In this document: piece by piece, positions 63,129 to 64,000 of the stretch
How the letters are laid out: the number at the start of each line of letters is the position of its first letter
Numbering within the stretch: position 1 is the stretch's first letter
Assembly: GCA_028826165.1 (NCBI GenBank)
Contig: JAPDFW010000125.1
Location: forward strand, 620,001-684,000
Direction: 5' to 3'
DNA length: 64,000 bases
DNA from: Anaeramoeba ignava BMAN
Lineage: Eukaryota; Protista; Anaeramoebae
Made by a program: the position numbers and the translations under genes
The notes under the pieces: model-generated
Database searches by the model: none
Told to the model about the DNA's origin: nothing
Seen by the model: only the letters and a program-made list of their open reading frames with translations

Positions 63129-64000
63129 ATGAATGATTGTTTATTTTTTGGTGAAAATGAATATCCAAAACTTTTCAAGAATAAACCAAATTCAATAATA
63201 AAACCAATTCAATTTAAATTTGAAAATGAAAATGAAAATGAAAATGAAAATGAAAATGAAAATGAAAATGAAAATGAAAATGAAAATGAAAATGAAAATG
63301 AAAAGCAAATTAAACAAATTTCAACAAGTTATTTTTCAACAATTTTCCTTTTCAAAAATGGAAAAGCAATAGAATATTTAAGAGAAAATGATTCAAATCA
63401 AAATCCTAAAAAAATCCAAATTGAAGAAAATATTCAAAAAGTAACTGTTGGTGTTCGAAATGAAGCTATTTTAACAAAAGAAGGAAATGTATTTGCCAAA
63501 GGAAAAGATATTAATACAAAAAATCCAGATGAATTTATCAATATTTCATCATTAATTGAAGATACAAATGATAGAATAATTCAAGATATTGTTTCTGGAG
63601 CCAACTCAATTTATTTATTAACTTCAAATCAAAATGCTTACGGAATTGGTTCAAATAGTTTGTACCAACTTGGTTTAGATTCTAACACACTTGAAAAAAC
63701 AGAAAAACCAATTTTAATGATGAAAAATGTTTCTAAAATATTTTCAGGAAATTGTTCAAATCATGTTTTTCTTTTAAATTCAAATCAAGAATTATTTGGA
63801 TGTGGTTGGAATGAATATGGTAAAATTGCATTAGGAGAATCAAAAAAAGATGAAATCATCCAAAAATTAACCAAAATCCAAAATATTCCAAAAGGCAAAA
63901 TAATTGATATTCAATGTGGATATTCTCATTCAATAATGTTGATTGAAAATGAAAATGAAAATGAAAATCCAAAAAGAAAACTTTATTCATGTGGAGATAA
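63129..64000 (+). CDS. RCC1-repeat + BTB/POZ protein, array copy 5 (runs off the window)
   Basis: MNDCLFFGENEYPKLF... collinear with copies 1-4 and open to the window end. Confidence 0.85.
   Translation, partial: MNDCLFFGENEYPKLFKNKPNSIIKPIQFKFENENENENENENENENENENENENENEKQIKQISTSYFSTIFLFKNGKAIEYLRENDSNQNPKKIQIEENIQKVTVGVRNEAILTKEGNVFAKGKDINTKNPDEFINISSLIEDTNDRIIQDIVSGANSIYLLTSNQNAYGIGSNSLYQLGLDSNTLEKTEKPILMMKNVSKIFSGNCSNHVFLLNSNQELFGCGWNEYGKIALGESKKDEIIQKLTKIQNIPKGKIIDIQCGYSHSIMLIENENENENPKRKLYSCGD

Overview
This is extremely AT-rich, intron-rich eukaryotic nuclear DNA (standard code, GT-AG introns). Its style (NQ/NE low-complexity tracts, expanded RCC1-BTB family, TCATTTT initiator-like leaders) suggests an anaerobic amoeboid protist such as Anaeramoeba, but that is inference only. 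I hand-spliced about 25 genes: nucleoside hydrolase, an orphan, a divergent Sin3, a ferlin, an ML-domain membrane protein, a six-repeat beta-thymosin/EF-hand protein, an AGC kinase, XRCC2-like, CapZ beta, a GPR137/TOM1-like protein, a RasGEF with talin-F0/F1-like domains, eIF3h, RPL10A, HEN1, a divergent actin, PTEN, Ras, a Rab-like GTPase/inositol-phosphate-kinase fusion, ABCF3, a Crinkler-type NTPase+REase gene, and a tandem array of at least 5 RCC1-BTB genes. All exon sums are multiples of 3 except Sin3 and HEN1, which each need a frameshift. Most ILIL/FDFD/YIYI ORFs in the track are microsatellite artefacts. Top candidates for undescribed biology: (1) a putatively Ca2+-regulated multi-thymosin built from duplicated 87-nt exons; (2) a small-GTPase-IPK fusion; (3) an NTPase-nuclease gene bracketed by a 28-nt direct repeat that is the leader of an adjacent hypervariable, mosaic RCC1-BTB array. 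Family assignments come from motif recognition, not database searches.
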